Both the position numbers and the translations under genes were made by a program. Shown here one piece after another: positions 1 to 12,438 of a stretch of 64,000 bases of DNA (the first letter of the stretch is position 1; every line of letters starts with the position of its first letter). The notes beneath the pieces were generated by a model. The model searched no databases, had not been told where the DNA came from, and saw only the letters and a list, made by a program, of their open reading frames with translations. The stretch comes from Cycas panzhihuaensis (lineage: Eukaryota > Plantae > Cycadophyta): the NCBI GenBank assembly GCA_023213395.1, contig CM041465.1:73601741-73665740 (forward strand), given 5' to 3'.

Positions 1-239
1 AAGCCTTACATTGAGTAGCCCAACTTACCAGCAGGATCAGCTGGTTGTACCATAGCGTATTGCATGATGTTGAGGCAATCAACTGCCTTGATACCGAGCC
101 ATGATCCAGTTCGGTATGGATATAAAAATAGAAAAAAAATTGAGAAAAATAAAAACTAACCGTAACTCATTACTGATATAAGTAACAACAGCATAATCTG
201 AGAAAAATCAGAGGAAAATTCATCAGCATACAAGCAAAT

Positions 240-712
240 TACGATTATGCGTCAAAAAAGGTATGTTACCAGGTACGTACAGTTGAAACAGTGATAAAAG
301 TGGAAAATGCACTATACGTACCAAAGGAATTCACTAAAGTACGCATAGTTTAAAAAAAGTGATTCGGAATTACACTATACGCATTCGAAAAGCACGCAGT
401 GCACGCATAGTATAAATAACTTTAAGTGGCTCAATTACATTATACGTACCTGAAAAGTATGCCGACAGGTACGCACAGTGGAAAGGAACGTAAGTTAAAA
501 TCTTGCATTATACGTACCAACGAAGTACGTAATCTGCACGACCGTGTAAAAGATACTTAAGTGTGTTTATATTATACGTACCAAAGAAAGTACGTAATCG
601 AGTACGCATAATGGAAATCTTCAACATTATACATACCAAGGGCACGTATAAGACAAAATACGCAAAACGACAAATCATTACGTACCTGCGAACATTCCCG
701 TGCGGTACGCAG
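240..712. repeat. Degenerate ~60-68 bp tandem array (~8 units), each unit an inverted repeat (AYTATACGTACC...GTACGCAYAGT)
   Basis: Left arms at about 244, 311, 374, 439, 507, 571, 626 and 677. Right arms pair with the left arms. Confidence 0.85.
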
Positions 713-860
713 AGCGGAACAGACTACGACACGCAAGGATTTGCTCGGGTACACATCACAGTGCGCAAAACAGTGAAACGGCAAGCGTTCTACAGAGGTA
801 CGTACGTACGGTTCTACTGGTACGCTTTGGTTTCTTTCTTACCTCTGGAAATCCACAGCC

Positions 861-1810
861 ATGATGAGGACAGCAGGGTGCCAAGAGGCCTACATTCCCA
901 AACTCAAACAGGACCTCCAAGCTCTACCAGCTGCATTTCAGGCTAAGGTGAAGCAGGCAGGCTGGAAAGACTATATTTATTGTAACCCTATGTATTATGA
1001 CCTGGAATTAATGGACCAAATCCTCATGGCCCTAAAAACAGACAGCAGTAAGGTCAAAATGGACACAGACATAGTCCATACCATCACTGGACTTCCCAAG
1101 GACGGAGAAGTTCCATTGGGAGCAAAAAGGTCAGAGGTAGACAGGGAAATGTGGCTGAGGGAATTATGCCAGCCTAACACCCAAATTATGTCAGGTGGAA
1201 TCAGGGTAGCTGACATTATGGACGACAGACTTGATGGGTGGCCAAAGTTATTAACCTGTGTTTTTGTCAAAGAGGAAGTATACGTACATCCAGGGAGGCA
1301 TGATGCAGGTCTTATTAAAAATCAGGGATGGAGAAAGAATGAATTGGTCAGAATTTTTGGCAGAGAATATGAAGCAACAGTTACAGGAAATCCGGACACA
1401 TCCATTCCGCCAACCTTCATTGCTTTTGGCAATGTTATTTTATCAGTGTCCGGAAGTTCAGTTGACCAGAACTACCATCTCTCCTTGGGAACCAATCATC
1501 AAACAGTGGGTAGCAGAGTTCCCGGATACAACAACGAGTATGGAAGCCAAACGGCGAGTTCAAAAGCAGATGCAGAAGGTGCTTACCTGGTTACAAAAAA
1601 CACCAGGAACACCTATCCCTCATCGGACGAAGCAAGTTGTTCATCTTCGTGGGAAGAGGAAGAAAGGGGAGGAGGAAACATAAGAAGAAGAGGAGGAAGA
1701 GGCAGAAGCATCCTGGGAAGAATGGGAGGACTTCCCAAGCCAGCAGAGGCCTGGAGAGCCCTCAAGACCTCCTACACCGCAGGATAAAGCGGACCGATCA
1801 TTCAGATGAT
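861..1810 (+). pseudogene. Extra 3' ORF of the gypsy element; PMD/putative plant transposon protein-like; one frameshift (~1250) and one internal stop (1681-1683)
   Basis: MDTDIVHTITGLPKDGE resembles the ITxxDVxxITGLPxxG motif. The ORF continues in the 1258-1683 frame with GERMNWSEFLAENM, then an acidic/proline-rich tail after the TAA. Confidence 0.55.
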
Positions 1811-2351
1811 TCGTGACTTGGAGGTGGTACAAAGCGTAGATTGCCCTTCAGAAAAATAAAAGAGAAGGATGCCATTATTGCCACCCCGACATGCATCAAC
1901 GAGGAAATTTTGAGGACCAAGGCGCAGGAGCCGCCTTTGAGACAGAGTGGGGAGGGATACCCCAAAATTTTGATTTTTGAGTTTTGTTGAGCAAGGATGC
2001 TCAAACCCATAACGCTGACCCGGATAGATGTTGGAGTCAAAAGTGACCCAATGGTCGTGTGAGGACCAGAGGTAGGTCGATAACTCGAGTTGTGCGGTAT
2101 GGACCAGACGAGGTACGCACAAGGCAAAAGCGTAAAAACAAGCATTCTGGTACGTGACAAAAGGCACTGAACGCACGCATGACGTAAACGCATCAGCGGA
2201 ACGGAACCAAGTGGCGGCAGACGCACGACCTGAGGGACCGGTGAAGACCGTGGAGGTGCTGACGATGTACTGGACGCACGGACCCAAAGGATTAATTAAT
2301 TAAGGCCAAACAAAGTGATTAAGTGAAGAGGCACGCATGATCGAGGGGTAC

Positions 2352-2766
2352 TGCTATGACAGTATCATAACCCTTCACCAAAAAAAGGTACCAAAGATGA
2401 GTACTTAAGGAGGTACGCATGATTCACTGGTTAGGGGGAGAGCCGGATATCACGGGTACGCAAGGGTGCGTAAGACAAGACGCATGATGTACCGATTGGA
2501 GCATCACCGTATGATAAGTACCATCCGGTACGCATTGTAACAGAAAGATCAGATGTCTTTGGAATGCTCAGAATGCATTCCACCTCTATGTAAATGAATT
2601 GTTGACTTAATAAAAGGAAGAGTTACGTGGAAATTGGTGTATGCTTGGTGTTGTGATGATGATGTGCTGAGTGTGTATTGATTGCATCTTCGTGTACCAT
2701 TCTCGTGAATTATATGTGGAATGTATGTGAATGACCATGTTGATGATCCGAAACTAGACTATAGCG
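2352..2766 (+). repeat. Putative 3' LTR of the Tat-like element
   Basis: Follows a PPT-like tract. Imperfect terminal inverted repeat TGCTAT/ATAGCG. GT-rich U5-like end. Confidence 0.5.
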
Positions 2767-2979
2767 CTGTGTAAACCTTGACAAGTGCAGCAAAGGGTAT
2801 CTTGTAAGTGTAATAAGGCACCCCCAGCAGAAGTCAACAGTTGTGGGATGCCTATTGTCACCAAACATTTCAAGCCAATCATTGAAAAGTCACCATCTTG
2901 CACATAGAACAATGTTGCTTCAAACACCATTACCCTTGCAATCAAACATATGTTAATGTTAGTATAATTACAATTTTTC

Positions 2980-3528
2980 TATAGCGGAAACTTTTATCTT
3001 ATCTCAAAAATAGCACAAAACATTCACAGAAATTGATCTAACACATGTTCATACAGATCTTATCAACCTCAAATAAAGATGAATATTGGAAATACACCTT
3101 AAACACTAGCGTAAAGTAATGGAAATAGTACAAATAAGAGGTAAATATATTGTCCAAAATAATACTGGAAAGTACAAAGATATACAATAGAATATCCTTA
3201 CTGAGTGCTTTTCCCTTTGAAGTGGGAATCCTCCAAGTATCTCAAGCCAAAGGGCCAAGCCAACTGTAGTGCTCGAGCCGAAAATATGGAAGAGATCCAA
3301 CCGAAATGATGATGTAAAATGAGGGCTTTGATCCCTATTTATAATGGTCAATTATTATCCAACTTGAAGTCAACCAGAACTTGGATAGTTCATTGGGAGT
3401 GAACCATGAATGAAGTCGACCAGAAGACAGGTTTACAGGTTGGCCAATACTCCCATTCTTACGCTCATTTCTGGTGGTTTAAGTCAGCTGACAGGCCCCT
3501 AAAGAGAGGGGTTATCTGGAATGCAACA
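2980..3528 (-). mobile_element. Solo LTR
   Basis: Termini TATAGC (probably decayed TG)...GCAACA, flanked by TTTTC at 2975-2979 and 3529-3533. TATAAATAGGG on the minus strand at ~3333-3343. Confidence 0.55.
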
Positions 3529-3849
3529 TTTTCTCTACTACTACAATACACATCCCACTATAGTCACTTTAACAAATATTTATGTGCAGCCATGTGTGTT
3601 TCATGCATACTCCTACTACAATATTCAACATTCATCGCAAATATTTCTTATGGTCATAATGCAAAGTGTCAAATACATAGTCACATGAGGCTTTGAGACA
3701 TTCTTTCATACATGTTTTATTCCCTATATGTCTTGGCATTTTCCACCCAAAAATAGTTTTCAATATGTGCAGAACATACCAAAAATAAAAGTGATCATTT
3801 CAAAAATCTATGTCCTTTGAATGTTTTGACAAATAGTTGGTGTGCAATG

Positions 3850-5637
3850 TTTTTTAAAAGGAATTTGAGGTGCTGCTAGTGTTTGTGGGCATATTAATTG
3901 CCCAACTTCATCTTGAAGGAGCCTTTAGAAAAAAAAAACTGATGCTAAAATTTTCAATTATCATAAATTGGCACTCATTTAGACATTTTGTCAAACATAT
4001 GTCATGCATTAGTTTGATACCCATGAAAACAAAAAAAATCATCAAACCCAAAATACTTTAGAGGGATTTACCTAGATCTACTACTGTCACTCCCATCTCA
4101 TATATAGCTACCTAGATTGAAGCACACTATTCTATGTACAACATTTGATCCTTAGTTGTAACAAATGCTTTTTTCCTCACAATCCAACCTTCCCTAACTT
4201 TTCTAATGTTAATTTCTAAAATCTTGGAACTATTTGGCCCCTTGTTGTAATTGCAATCAATTCTAGCTCCAATCCCCCACCCTATCACACTACCAACAAG
4301 TTACGGTCCATTAACAAATGATTGGCCTTGCCATTAAAGCCCCATTGACAATTCAACATCATTCAAAAATCTATTTTAATTGGTGTGCAAAAATTAGGGT
4401 TACGGGTTTGCAAACCTAGCTAGTAGGGTTTTGGACCTTATTAGAACTTGAACAAGGTGCCAAAATCTAGGTTCGGGTTTAAGTTTGTTTGCACAATAAA
4501 CTACATTCATTTTTTGTCATTTTTGGGTCATTTCTAGTCATTTTGTACTATTTGTTAAGAATTTAACATGGAGAACACTCATCAACAACAAGATCAATAA
4601 CATCAACAGAGATTAACACAATATAATCAGAATGTATTACCATACCAAAAGCACCAAGGACCCAACATGAGCCTTGATGTTGTGATGATCTTTACATACT
4701 ACCTCAACCACCATTATATACCAAAGAGGTGGGAGACTATACATCCCAAGTAATGCATGTAGGACAAACACCTTTGTCCTGACCAATAGCATTACACCAC
4801 TAACTTGACCAATAAACTTATATCCTTTTAGATAGTATTATAATGACCTTTTGACCCTAAGACTTAGGACTATCACTTATTATCCTAGGACCCACACACA
4901 TTAAACATTATTTCTAACACTATTTTGGGTAGTCTTTTTTTTTCTTCTTTGAAAAATTGTTTTAATATATTTTACTATTTTTGTATGCACACATACACAA
5001 TCATTTTTATTTTTATTTACAGAATTGTTCAATGTATCATTGTGTGTGTGTTTAATCATTATTCTCAATATTTATGATTTTTTTAGTTTTTTTTTTACTT
5101 TTTCAAAAAGCCAAAGCCAAACCCAGGAACCATATTTTCAAAGGGAGAATGGGGTTAGTAGAAACCAAGAACCCCTAAACTCAAGAACGTAACAACCTTG
5201 GAATTTTTTTTTAAAGGAATTTTAGGTGATATTGGTGTTTTCGGGCATACTTATTGCCTGACTTCATCTTGAACGAATCTTAAAAAAAACTAATGTTAAA
5301 ATTTTCAATTATTGCAAACAAGCACTCATTTAAACATTTCCTCAAGCATATACCATGCATCAATTTGATACCCAAGAGAAAAAAAAAAAAAAAACACTTC
5401 ATCAAACCCAAAAAATTTTAAAGGGATTTACCCAGATCTACTGTTGTCACTTTCATCTCGTGTATAACTAGCAAGATTGAAGCACCCTATTCTATGTACA
5501 ACATTCAATCTTTAATTATGCCAAATGCCTTTTTTCCTCACAAGTCCAATCTTCCCTAGCTTTTCTAGTGTTAATTTCTAAAATCTTGGAACTATTGTCC
5601 CTGTGCTGCAATTGCAACCAATTTCAACTCTGCTCCC
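3850..5637. repeat. Direct ~430 bp duplication (3850-4277 and 5205-5637)
   Basis: Collinear diverged copies, e.g. ACTTCATCTTGAA, AGATTGAAGCAC, TATTCTATGTACAACATT, TTTCTAAAATCTTGGAACTATT. Confidence 0.85.
4553..4919 (-). mobile_element. Solo LTR related to the LTRs of elements B and E
   Basis: TGTTAAGAA...TTCTAACA with a perfect 5-bp TSD CTATT (4548-4552, 4920-4924). Its reverse complement resembles 44115-44475. Confidence 0.9.
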
Positions 5638-5639
5638 GT

Positions 5640-6552
5640 TTGAAGTATTAGAGCATTGTTCTGGAGTGTTTGAAGGGGTGTAAATCTTCGAAAAGTAATT
5701 GAAACTCATGTCTCAAGGCATCATGAAGACATTCAAGATTTGTATTGTGTGGCATGCAAAATTAGCCATTACTAGGCAACATTTGTGAAATGCCAAGAGA
5801 AAGCGCTAAACCCATCTACAGGGACAGAGCTTTTGGCAGAGGTGTGACATGGAGAGAAACCACAAGAGAAGAGGATTCAGGGTGCCTACCAAAATTGGCC
5901 ATATTAGTTGTTGAAAGGAGTGATCTGAAGGAAGCTTGAATAGAAAAAGTTTACAACTACAGGCTGATGAAGCTGTAGCACTCATTCACAACCTAAACAT
6001 GATACATCGGATAGTTGTATAAGTATGTTTGTTATCTCTTATTACTATGATTCCCTTTATAGTCAGATGTGAAGATTGAAGTGAAGATGGACTGAGTGAT
6101 GGTGATAATGGAGGACATGACAAGTTCATGTCAATTTGGAAACTTAGCGAAATTACCCTTGGAGGAGATATGTTAGATGCAGGCAAGACAACAAGGGCAA
6201 ATCTAGCCCTTGTCAAACATTTCAAACTATGGATCGAATCCCCACTTTTGCATTAAGGGGGATGTTAAAGTGTCAGTTTAGGTTAATCACTTATGGTTAG
6301 TGCTAAGTGGTGATTGATTAATGTTAAGTCAAAAGACACAAATGCCAAGAGTTGCAACCATTGGGCTAATGCACTGTTTGGGATATAATCCCTAGGTGGC
6401 ATTTGTAATATGTATCAATCGAGATTGCAAGAAATGTAGTTGCCCATTATTCCTATGTGGGTTTCTCTTATATATTATGATTTCCGTGTCAGGTATTTGC
6501 ATGGATAGGGGTATGGCTATTAGAAATATATCATCGCTTGGCTCTGGCAACA
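5640..6552 (+). mobile_element. 3' remnant of a pol-less copia-derived element related to A and B
   Basis: VFEGV*I at 5666-5686 matches A (VFEGVQV) and B (IFERIQI). PPT CATTAAGGGGGA is followed by TG at 6263. LTR-like sequence runs to about ..CAACA 6552. Confidence 0.5.
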
Positions 6553-6559
6553 TATCAAA

Positions 6560-7720
6560 AAATTTCCTAATGATATAATTGTCCCAATGTGCACCTTTAT
6601 TTCATGCTTTCTTGTGCTCTTAGAAGTTGTTGTTCTTTCCCTATGAAGGCCCACTTCCTTTTATTATTGTTGATGCCTCTCCTAATCTAATAAATGGACT
6701 TCTTATGTTACTAGAGTTGCTTCCAGTGCTAGTGTACTAAGTCTACTATTTATTATAAGGGGTGTCCAACTTTGATCGTTCTCTAATCTATTAGCGGACC
6801 TATTCCTAGTCTCAATTAACAATAACATTTTTCTTTTTATCTTTTGCAACTTAAGCTCCTTGGGTGATCCTATCACCCTTTGCTAACTTGACTCTAGTAT
6901 TCCTGTCTTTAGAAGTTGCTTTGGTGGAATTGGAAGGTCCCTTGGTTGTTGAGGTCTCAATTAGAACTTGCCAATACAATAGTAGACAGGGTCCTTGTTT
7001 TTTGGGTTATACACTCTCCCCTGATGAGATTCAAGCTTGTTTCTTCAAATGAGAAATTTGAAAACATAACCAATGTTGACACTAATTATCCCAAGGCTAC
7101 CCATTTCCTCCACTGTCACATGACTTCTTCAATTTGATGCTGACTTTTTCATGACTTTGTGTCTCGTAACATTTGATATCTTACTACTTCATGTTAGTTC
7201 TCATATACACATGTTGCAATAGGAAACAATCATACAATCATACTCATAACATATAACATTGTATACCATTTTCGTCGTAACCCATGAATTCAATAAGCAA
7301 TGCCAAGTACAATGCTTTGGGATGCTTACATCTTTGGGAATGTTTGAATTTATAGGGTCTCTAACTAAATAGTGGGTGAGAATGACCTATTCACACCCAA
7401 ATATTTTATCTATTTAACCAAAAGGTACAACCATTGATACACGTCCGTTGACTTTTCATAACAAAATACCAATTATTGTTAATGACTTGTATCAGTTTTG
7501 TACAACTGTATTACCTTTGTTGTAGTAGTACAAATTTTGAGCAACCATTTCATGTTAATCATTCTTGTTCCTGTCCAACTATTTCCATTCCCTTCTAGGC
7601 ATTCCTGTTCTATTGTAGACTAGCAAGTGCTCCCAAAGAGTTGTTTTACTAACTTGCAATTGCTCCAACCTTTCCAACAATCATTCAAACCATTCCTACA
7701 TGGGATTTTCACAGTTGCTT
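6560..7720 (-). repeat. Diverged third copy of the gag-only gypsy-like unit seen at 13547-16114
   Basis: Shared blocks: AATTAGAACTTGCCA (6958 vs 15736), TATCCCAAGGCTACCCATTT (7087 vs 13838/15877), AGTGTACTA. Confidence 0.6.
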
Positions 7721-8475
7721 CATTGATTTTAGTTGTTTTGCTTATTGGAACCATTTTTAAGGTTGTTCTTTACCCTTCCAAGTGCCCATGTGCCAGCTCT
7801 TTTGCATAAAAAACCCTAAACATGGCTAAATTAATGAAATCAAAACATTAGTTTGTAGCAATTGTAGTGTGATGGTTTCAAAGTAATCTTCCACTAGAAT
7901 CCATTAGGCTATGAGAAGACCAAACCTTAATCAACAATTGCAGAATATGTGCTTTGTTGGTGTAGTACTAATAAAGATTTTATATCTATATGTCCAAGGA
8001 CCATGACTCAATATTTACATGTTTGACAATGGAAAATTAAGAAGTGTTTCCAAAAATACAACATCCTTATTCTTGTTATATTTCTTTGCTCTAATAAAAA
8101 ACACCATTATTTATAAGAATTTCAAAAAAATAACATTGAATGAAATAAAGTACCTTGAATTGATTGAAATAATAAGCAAATCATCAGGTCTCCACACCTG
8201 TAATATGAAATATTTTCTTAGGAACTTTCAAAATCAAAAGAAACATCATTAAATTAATATTGTCATATGAGGTTTTATGAAAAATCCGCTATAATTTATT
8301 GCAAAGTTCTATCGATACAGATTTTGTAAGTGGGGGGTTGATAATCCAAGATGATGCTCATAAAATTATTTACAATTGCGAGCCATTAAACAAAATAGGA
8401 AGTTAATCTATTGTAACAAGATATCTTTGTGAAAAGAAATTGATGTCTTTAAAGGTAAATGTGATTTGATCATAT

Positions 8476-9767
8476 TATTGGAAGATAATGTTTAATGCGT
8501 AAGTGTCCTAAGTATTTAGGTGAGTGTCATATCTAGGGATCAATATTATAATGCACATTTGTGCTAGTAAGTGGTCACTAGGTTATTGGTCAATAAGTAG
8601 ATTATATGTCATTGGTTGTATTGGAGGTTATTTGTCATTATTTGTCACACATATAACATAAGTCTTACTACTCACTCTTACTTATGATCTATAAATAAGT
8701 GGTTGAGGTAGAGTAGAATACATAGAGTCATAATGGAGTCCATTATGATATTATTGTTGTGTAGACATTGTGATGTAATCTCTTTCGTTATGAGTTAATG
8801 CTATCATATTATGTTCCTTGTTCTATTGATCTTGAATATTGAATGATCTTGAATGATTTCCATTGCATATTCCAACATGGTATCAAAGCGGGTTGCTTGT
8901 TAAGCTTATCATTGTGCAAGTTCACCAAGTTATTGATATGTGTGGAGATGGCTCCATAGAACTGTGTGGCAGATCGAGGATCTTATCTTGGAAGGTGAAA
9001 CCTATCTTTGTTCCAAATTGTGCCAAGCATTGATACAAGATAGTTTCATTTCTGGACAATACCGTTCACTCATCTTGATTGAGAAGGAAGCTATGTGCCA
9101 GGGTTCATTCCGTGAAAAAAAAATTAGTTGATATGAATTTATAAAATTTGAAATTGGTGATGCTATGAAATTATTTTCATAAACCTGAATTACTGGTTGA
9201 AGTGTTAAATTTGTATCTTCAGAAAGTTTGTGTTGGAAATATTGAGAACTTGGTTGGCAGAAATTGAGTTTATGCAAAATCTGTCTCTTCAAAAATCCTG
9301 TTCTAAAGTGAAACCATAGCCACTGCATGGTAGTACCTGGTAGCACTTGCCACAAAGAAAGAAAAATCATCAGAATAAAGATTTTTGTCACTACTATTAC
9401 CTGTCTATAGAAAGAGAGCTTGTTAGTGAAGAAATACTCATAGTTGAAGGAATGGCCAATCGTGAAAATATTATGTGTGAGAGATAGCAAGGAAAGAACC
9501 CTAGATTCACTCAAGATATGTAAAGTGAATTAATGATGGCACAACAGAAGCTCAGGCTACCTAGCGAAATAGCAAAAATTGTTGTTAGTACAAGAGTAAT
9601 ATCAAAATTAGGGCTGAAATATGAGGATGTATACTATGCCTCTGCTATAATCTTGTCTGCGTAATTTCAAATGACAAAACAATGAACTACACTTCGTGGA
9701 AAGATGATTCATCGACAAATCTGTGGAGATAAATTGAAAACCATTGGACTAGATGCACTTTACTTTA
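8476..9767 (+). mobile_element. Element E: 5' LTR (8476-8877), tRNA-Met primer-binding site (PBS, 8878-8889) and leader of a B-related element; 3'-truncated
   Basis: TATTGGA...TCCAACA then TGGTATCAAAGC. Post-PBS blocks are shared with B (TGTGGAGRTGGCTCC, GAAGGTGAAACC, AATACYGTTCAC). Confidence 0.8.
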
Positions 9768-11550
9768 CTACCACTTTCCAATGTCGCTTTCCAATTCTTT
9801 AAATTTGTCAAGCGCTTTTAATTTGCTATAAAGAAAATACACCCACTCTCTTCTAGAAATATCATCAATAAATGTGAGAAAATATCTAGCTTCATTAAGC
9901 GAGCTTGGAGTAATGGGTCCATAGAGATCTAAATGCACTAGCTCTAATTTATTTTGTGCCCACCACACACTTTTTTTTAATTGGAATTTGTGTTGTTTCC
10001 CAATAGACAACTTTTATAAACAAAAGGATAAAATGATATATTTGGAAGGCCATCAACTATGTTAGAATTTTTTAATAATTTTAATCTATCAGTTGAGATA
10101 TGTCCATACTTCAAATGCCAAAGTTTGTTATTATTAGTACTAGAAACAACAAAGGACTTTACATCAATATTTGGAGTGACAGAGATAGGCACAGAAACCA
10201 ATTTGTAAAGATCATTGCTTCTATGCCTTTTGCTAATACTATTCCTCCTTTCTTCATATCTAAAACATTACAAAATTTGTTATCATCAAAAGCAATTCTC
10301 AACTTTTTCTTCCCAAGTTGAGAGGCAGATAGCATTTTTTTTTTAAGCTTGGAACAAAGAGAACATTACCAATTTTTAATATTTTTCCTTTGATTTCAAC
10401 TGCTATTACCCCAATACCTTGAATGTGAAGAGGTTATTTATTGACTAGTTCCACTAATTTATTAAGAGAATATGGTTTAAAGGATTCAAACAACTCTCTT
10501 TGTCCTGGCATATGGTTGGAGGCTTCAAAGTCGATGTACTAGACATTTTCATCGCTAGTGCTTGCAGCAAGTGCAACTATGAAGGCTATTTTCTCTTCTT
10601 CTTCTTCTTCTTCTTCTTTGAAATTGCTCTATTCTTTGTTGTAGTTTCCAACAAGCCGCTTCCCTCTATGGATCTCCACTTGCTTTTAAGAGCATTGGTA
10701 AGGATAGTGTCCTCCCTGACCACAATGGTAGCATACATCAAAAGCTCGATAGTTGCTAGAAAAATATCTAGGTCTTCCACGATTAAAGCAGACCCTGGAA
10801 TCCTTTGGAGGGACTAGTCTTCTTCTACCTCTCCTTTCTTGCCATCTTCCTCTCATCTGCTCTCTAGTGTCAGGAGCTCGGCTACGACCTCTAAAGGAAA
10901 ATTGTCCTCATCCTCTATTTCCTAGACTAAGTCTAGATAAAAAAGCTTCCTCAATTTTAGATTCTTCCTTATACATTTTGTTTCTTTGTTCTTGTCCAAT
11001 AGAAGACCAATCAAAGTCTCAAGAGTCATTATTGTTGTTTGATTATTATTGGTTATTATATTCACCATATTATCAAATAACTTTGGAAATTTGTTGACAA
11101 TCATTTGTGCAAGTTCCAAGTCTAAAATGTTTGCTCTAGCACTAACCAAGTCATTTTTTTATGGATGTAACCTTGTGAATAAATTCAAAAACACTTTCTT
11201 TTTCTTTCATATGAAGTTTATACAATTCTTCTTTTAATGCTACTATTTTGGCTTCATTTTCTTTACTGTAAAGATTTGCATACACCTTCTGGAATTTTTC
11301 AGAGGAGTTCACTCCTTCAATATATAATAACAAAGAATTAGAAATTGACAATTTTAGTGTTATTACACTAGAATTATTCGTTTCATCCCAACTAAGTTGA
11401 TCAACAATATTGGTTGGCCTTTTCTTTTTTCTAGTAGCAATGTCCCAAGCATTTTTGGCCCTCAAAAGAGTCAATTTTTATCTCCCAAACATGATAATTT
11501 AATGCAGTGAGTTTGTCTTGTTCGCTTAAAGCCAAAATAGAAAGGGCCAT
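9768..11550 (-). pseudogene. gag-pol: Disrupted copia gag-pol (gag to integrase N-terminus) of F
   Basis: ORF fragments 11151-11474, 10922-11149, 9977-10201 and 9768-10010, homologous to C and D. Confidence 0.9.
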
Positions 11551-12438
11551 CTTCAAAATTGAGGAATACAGATATTAGCAATGAATGCAACAAGGTCTGA
11601 GACTAAATGACTGTATGGTTGTACAAAAATCTGTACAAAAGTACAAGTGTACGGAATGGGAACCAAGTGCAAAAGGAAGCTCTTAAGTCGTAGATTCTGA
11701 ATATATACAAATTTGTAAGAGATCTTAGCTAATTTTTTCAGAATCTCCCCCGAAAACAAAATTGTGCGACTAGGGTTTTCTGAGAAATATGCTTGTAACT
11801 CATTGAATCTGCTGCTAAATTTTGTGAAATTGTATCAAAAAAACTTGTTACAAACAGAGGAAGATTTTTGGATATGTGTTACCTAAATTTATTGACAGAT
11901 TTGAGTGAAAGTTCCAGATTTTCCTCTAAACCCACATGGCACAAAAATAGGCAAAATGCCTTGAAAATGGACAAATCTCAAAACAAGCCTTTAGAGAAAA
12001 GTGATGTACTCCTCCACATGAGTCTGCTAGCCAAATCTCAGCAAATTTTGAGTAACTTGAAATTTACAGATCCATACAAGTCCATACGATTCTGTATTGC
12101 AATCCGTACGCATTCGTGGAATTTCTACTATAATAAAAATGCCTTCTTTAATGTCTCCTTCGAAATTCAACGAATGACAATGATCACCAAAGTTCTACTG
12201 GTCTTTTCTCAGAAACCCTCTCAAGACTCCTACTCTAATATCATGATAAGTTTGGAGAATGAGAATTCATTGATTAGTTGAGAGACAGAGTCTCAATAAA
12301 TACAAAGAGATTAAGTAATCGCTTACCACATGTAAGCCACTTGTTAGTTTTACATGAAGGAGGGCTTGCTACATAACCCTCATTAATGACCCTAGAGATA
12401 CACAACATCAATATCCTAGATAAAACATTATTTTAACA
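9768..12438 (-). mobile_element. Element F: Ty1/copia, 5' LTR 12244-12438, degenerate PBS; truncated within integrase
   Basis: LTR TGATAAG...TTAACA. PBS remnant at 12232-12243. Gag, protease, GAG-pre-integrase (LWHLKYGH) and integrase (LELVHLDLYGP, YFLTFIDD) pieces. Confidence 0.88.

Larger units (their letters stand above)
1..2766 (+). mobile_element. 3' part of a Ty3/gypsy non-chromovirus (Tat/Athila-type) LTR retrotransposon: integrase end, long 3' region with extra ORF, PPT, 3' LTR
   Basis: Bases 1-18 read KPYIE*, like the '..LKPY' integrase C-terminus. GAGGGGTAC|TG at 2343-2353 resembles a Tat-type PPT/LTR junction. Putative LTR termini are TGCTAT(2352)...ATAGCG(2766). Confidence 0.6.

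Noticed and set aside
240-712. CRISPR-like array
   Set aside because: Repeats are degenerate, the variable parts partly resemble each other (AAAGTACG), there are no cas genes, and the context is a plant retrotransposon.
563-946. 127-aa ORF
   Set aside because: It is a translation of the repeat array and has no recognisable motif.
1260-1787. C-terminal half of the 308-aa ORF as annotated
   Set aside because: Family-like motifs and the acidic tail continue in the 1258-1683 frame, implying a frameshift.
1798-2287. Antisense ORFs of 142 and 161 aa
   Set aside because: No motifs; expected in locally GC-richer sequence.
2754-2945. Possible host exon
   Set aside because: No recognisable protein similarity and no partner exons.
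7021-7070. Hammerhead ribozyme core (CTGATGA...GAAA)
   Set aside because: No convincing stems, and the motif is not conserved in the sister copies at ~13757 and ~15797.
9002-9514. 170-aa antisense ORF in E's leader
   Set aside because: No motif, and no evident counterpart in B.
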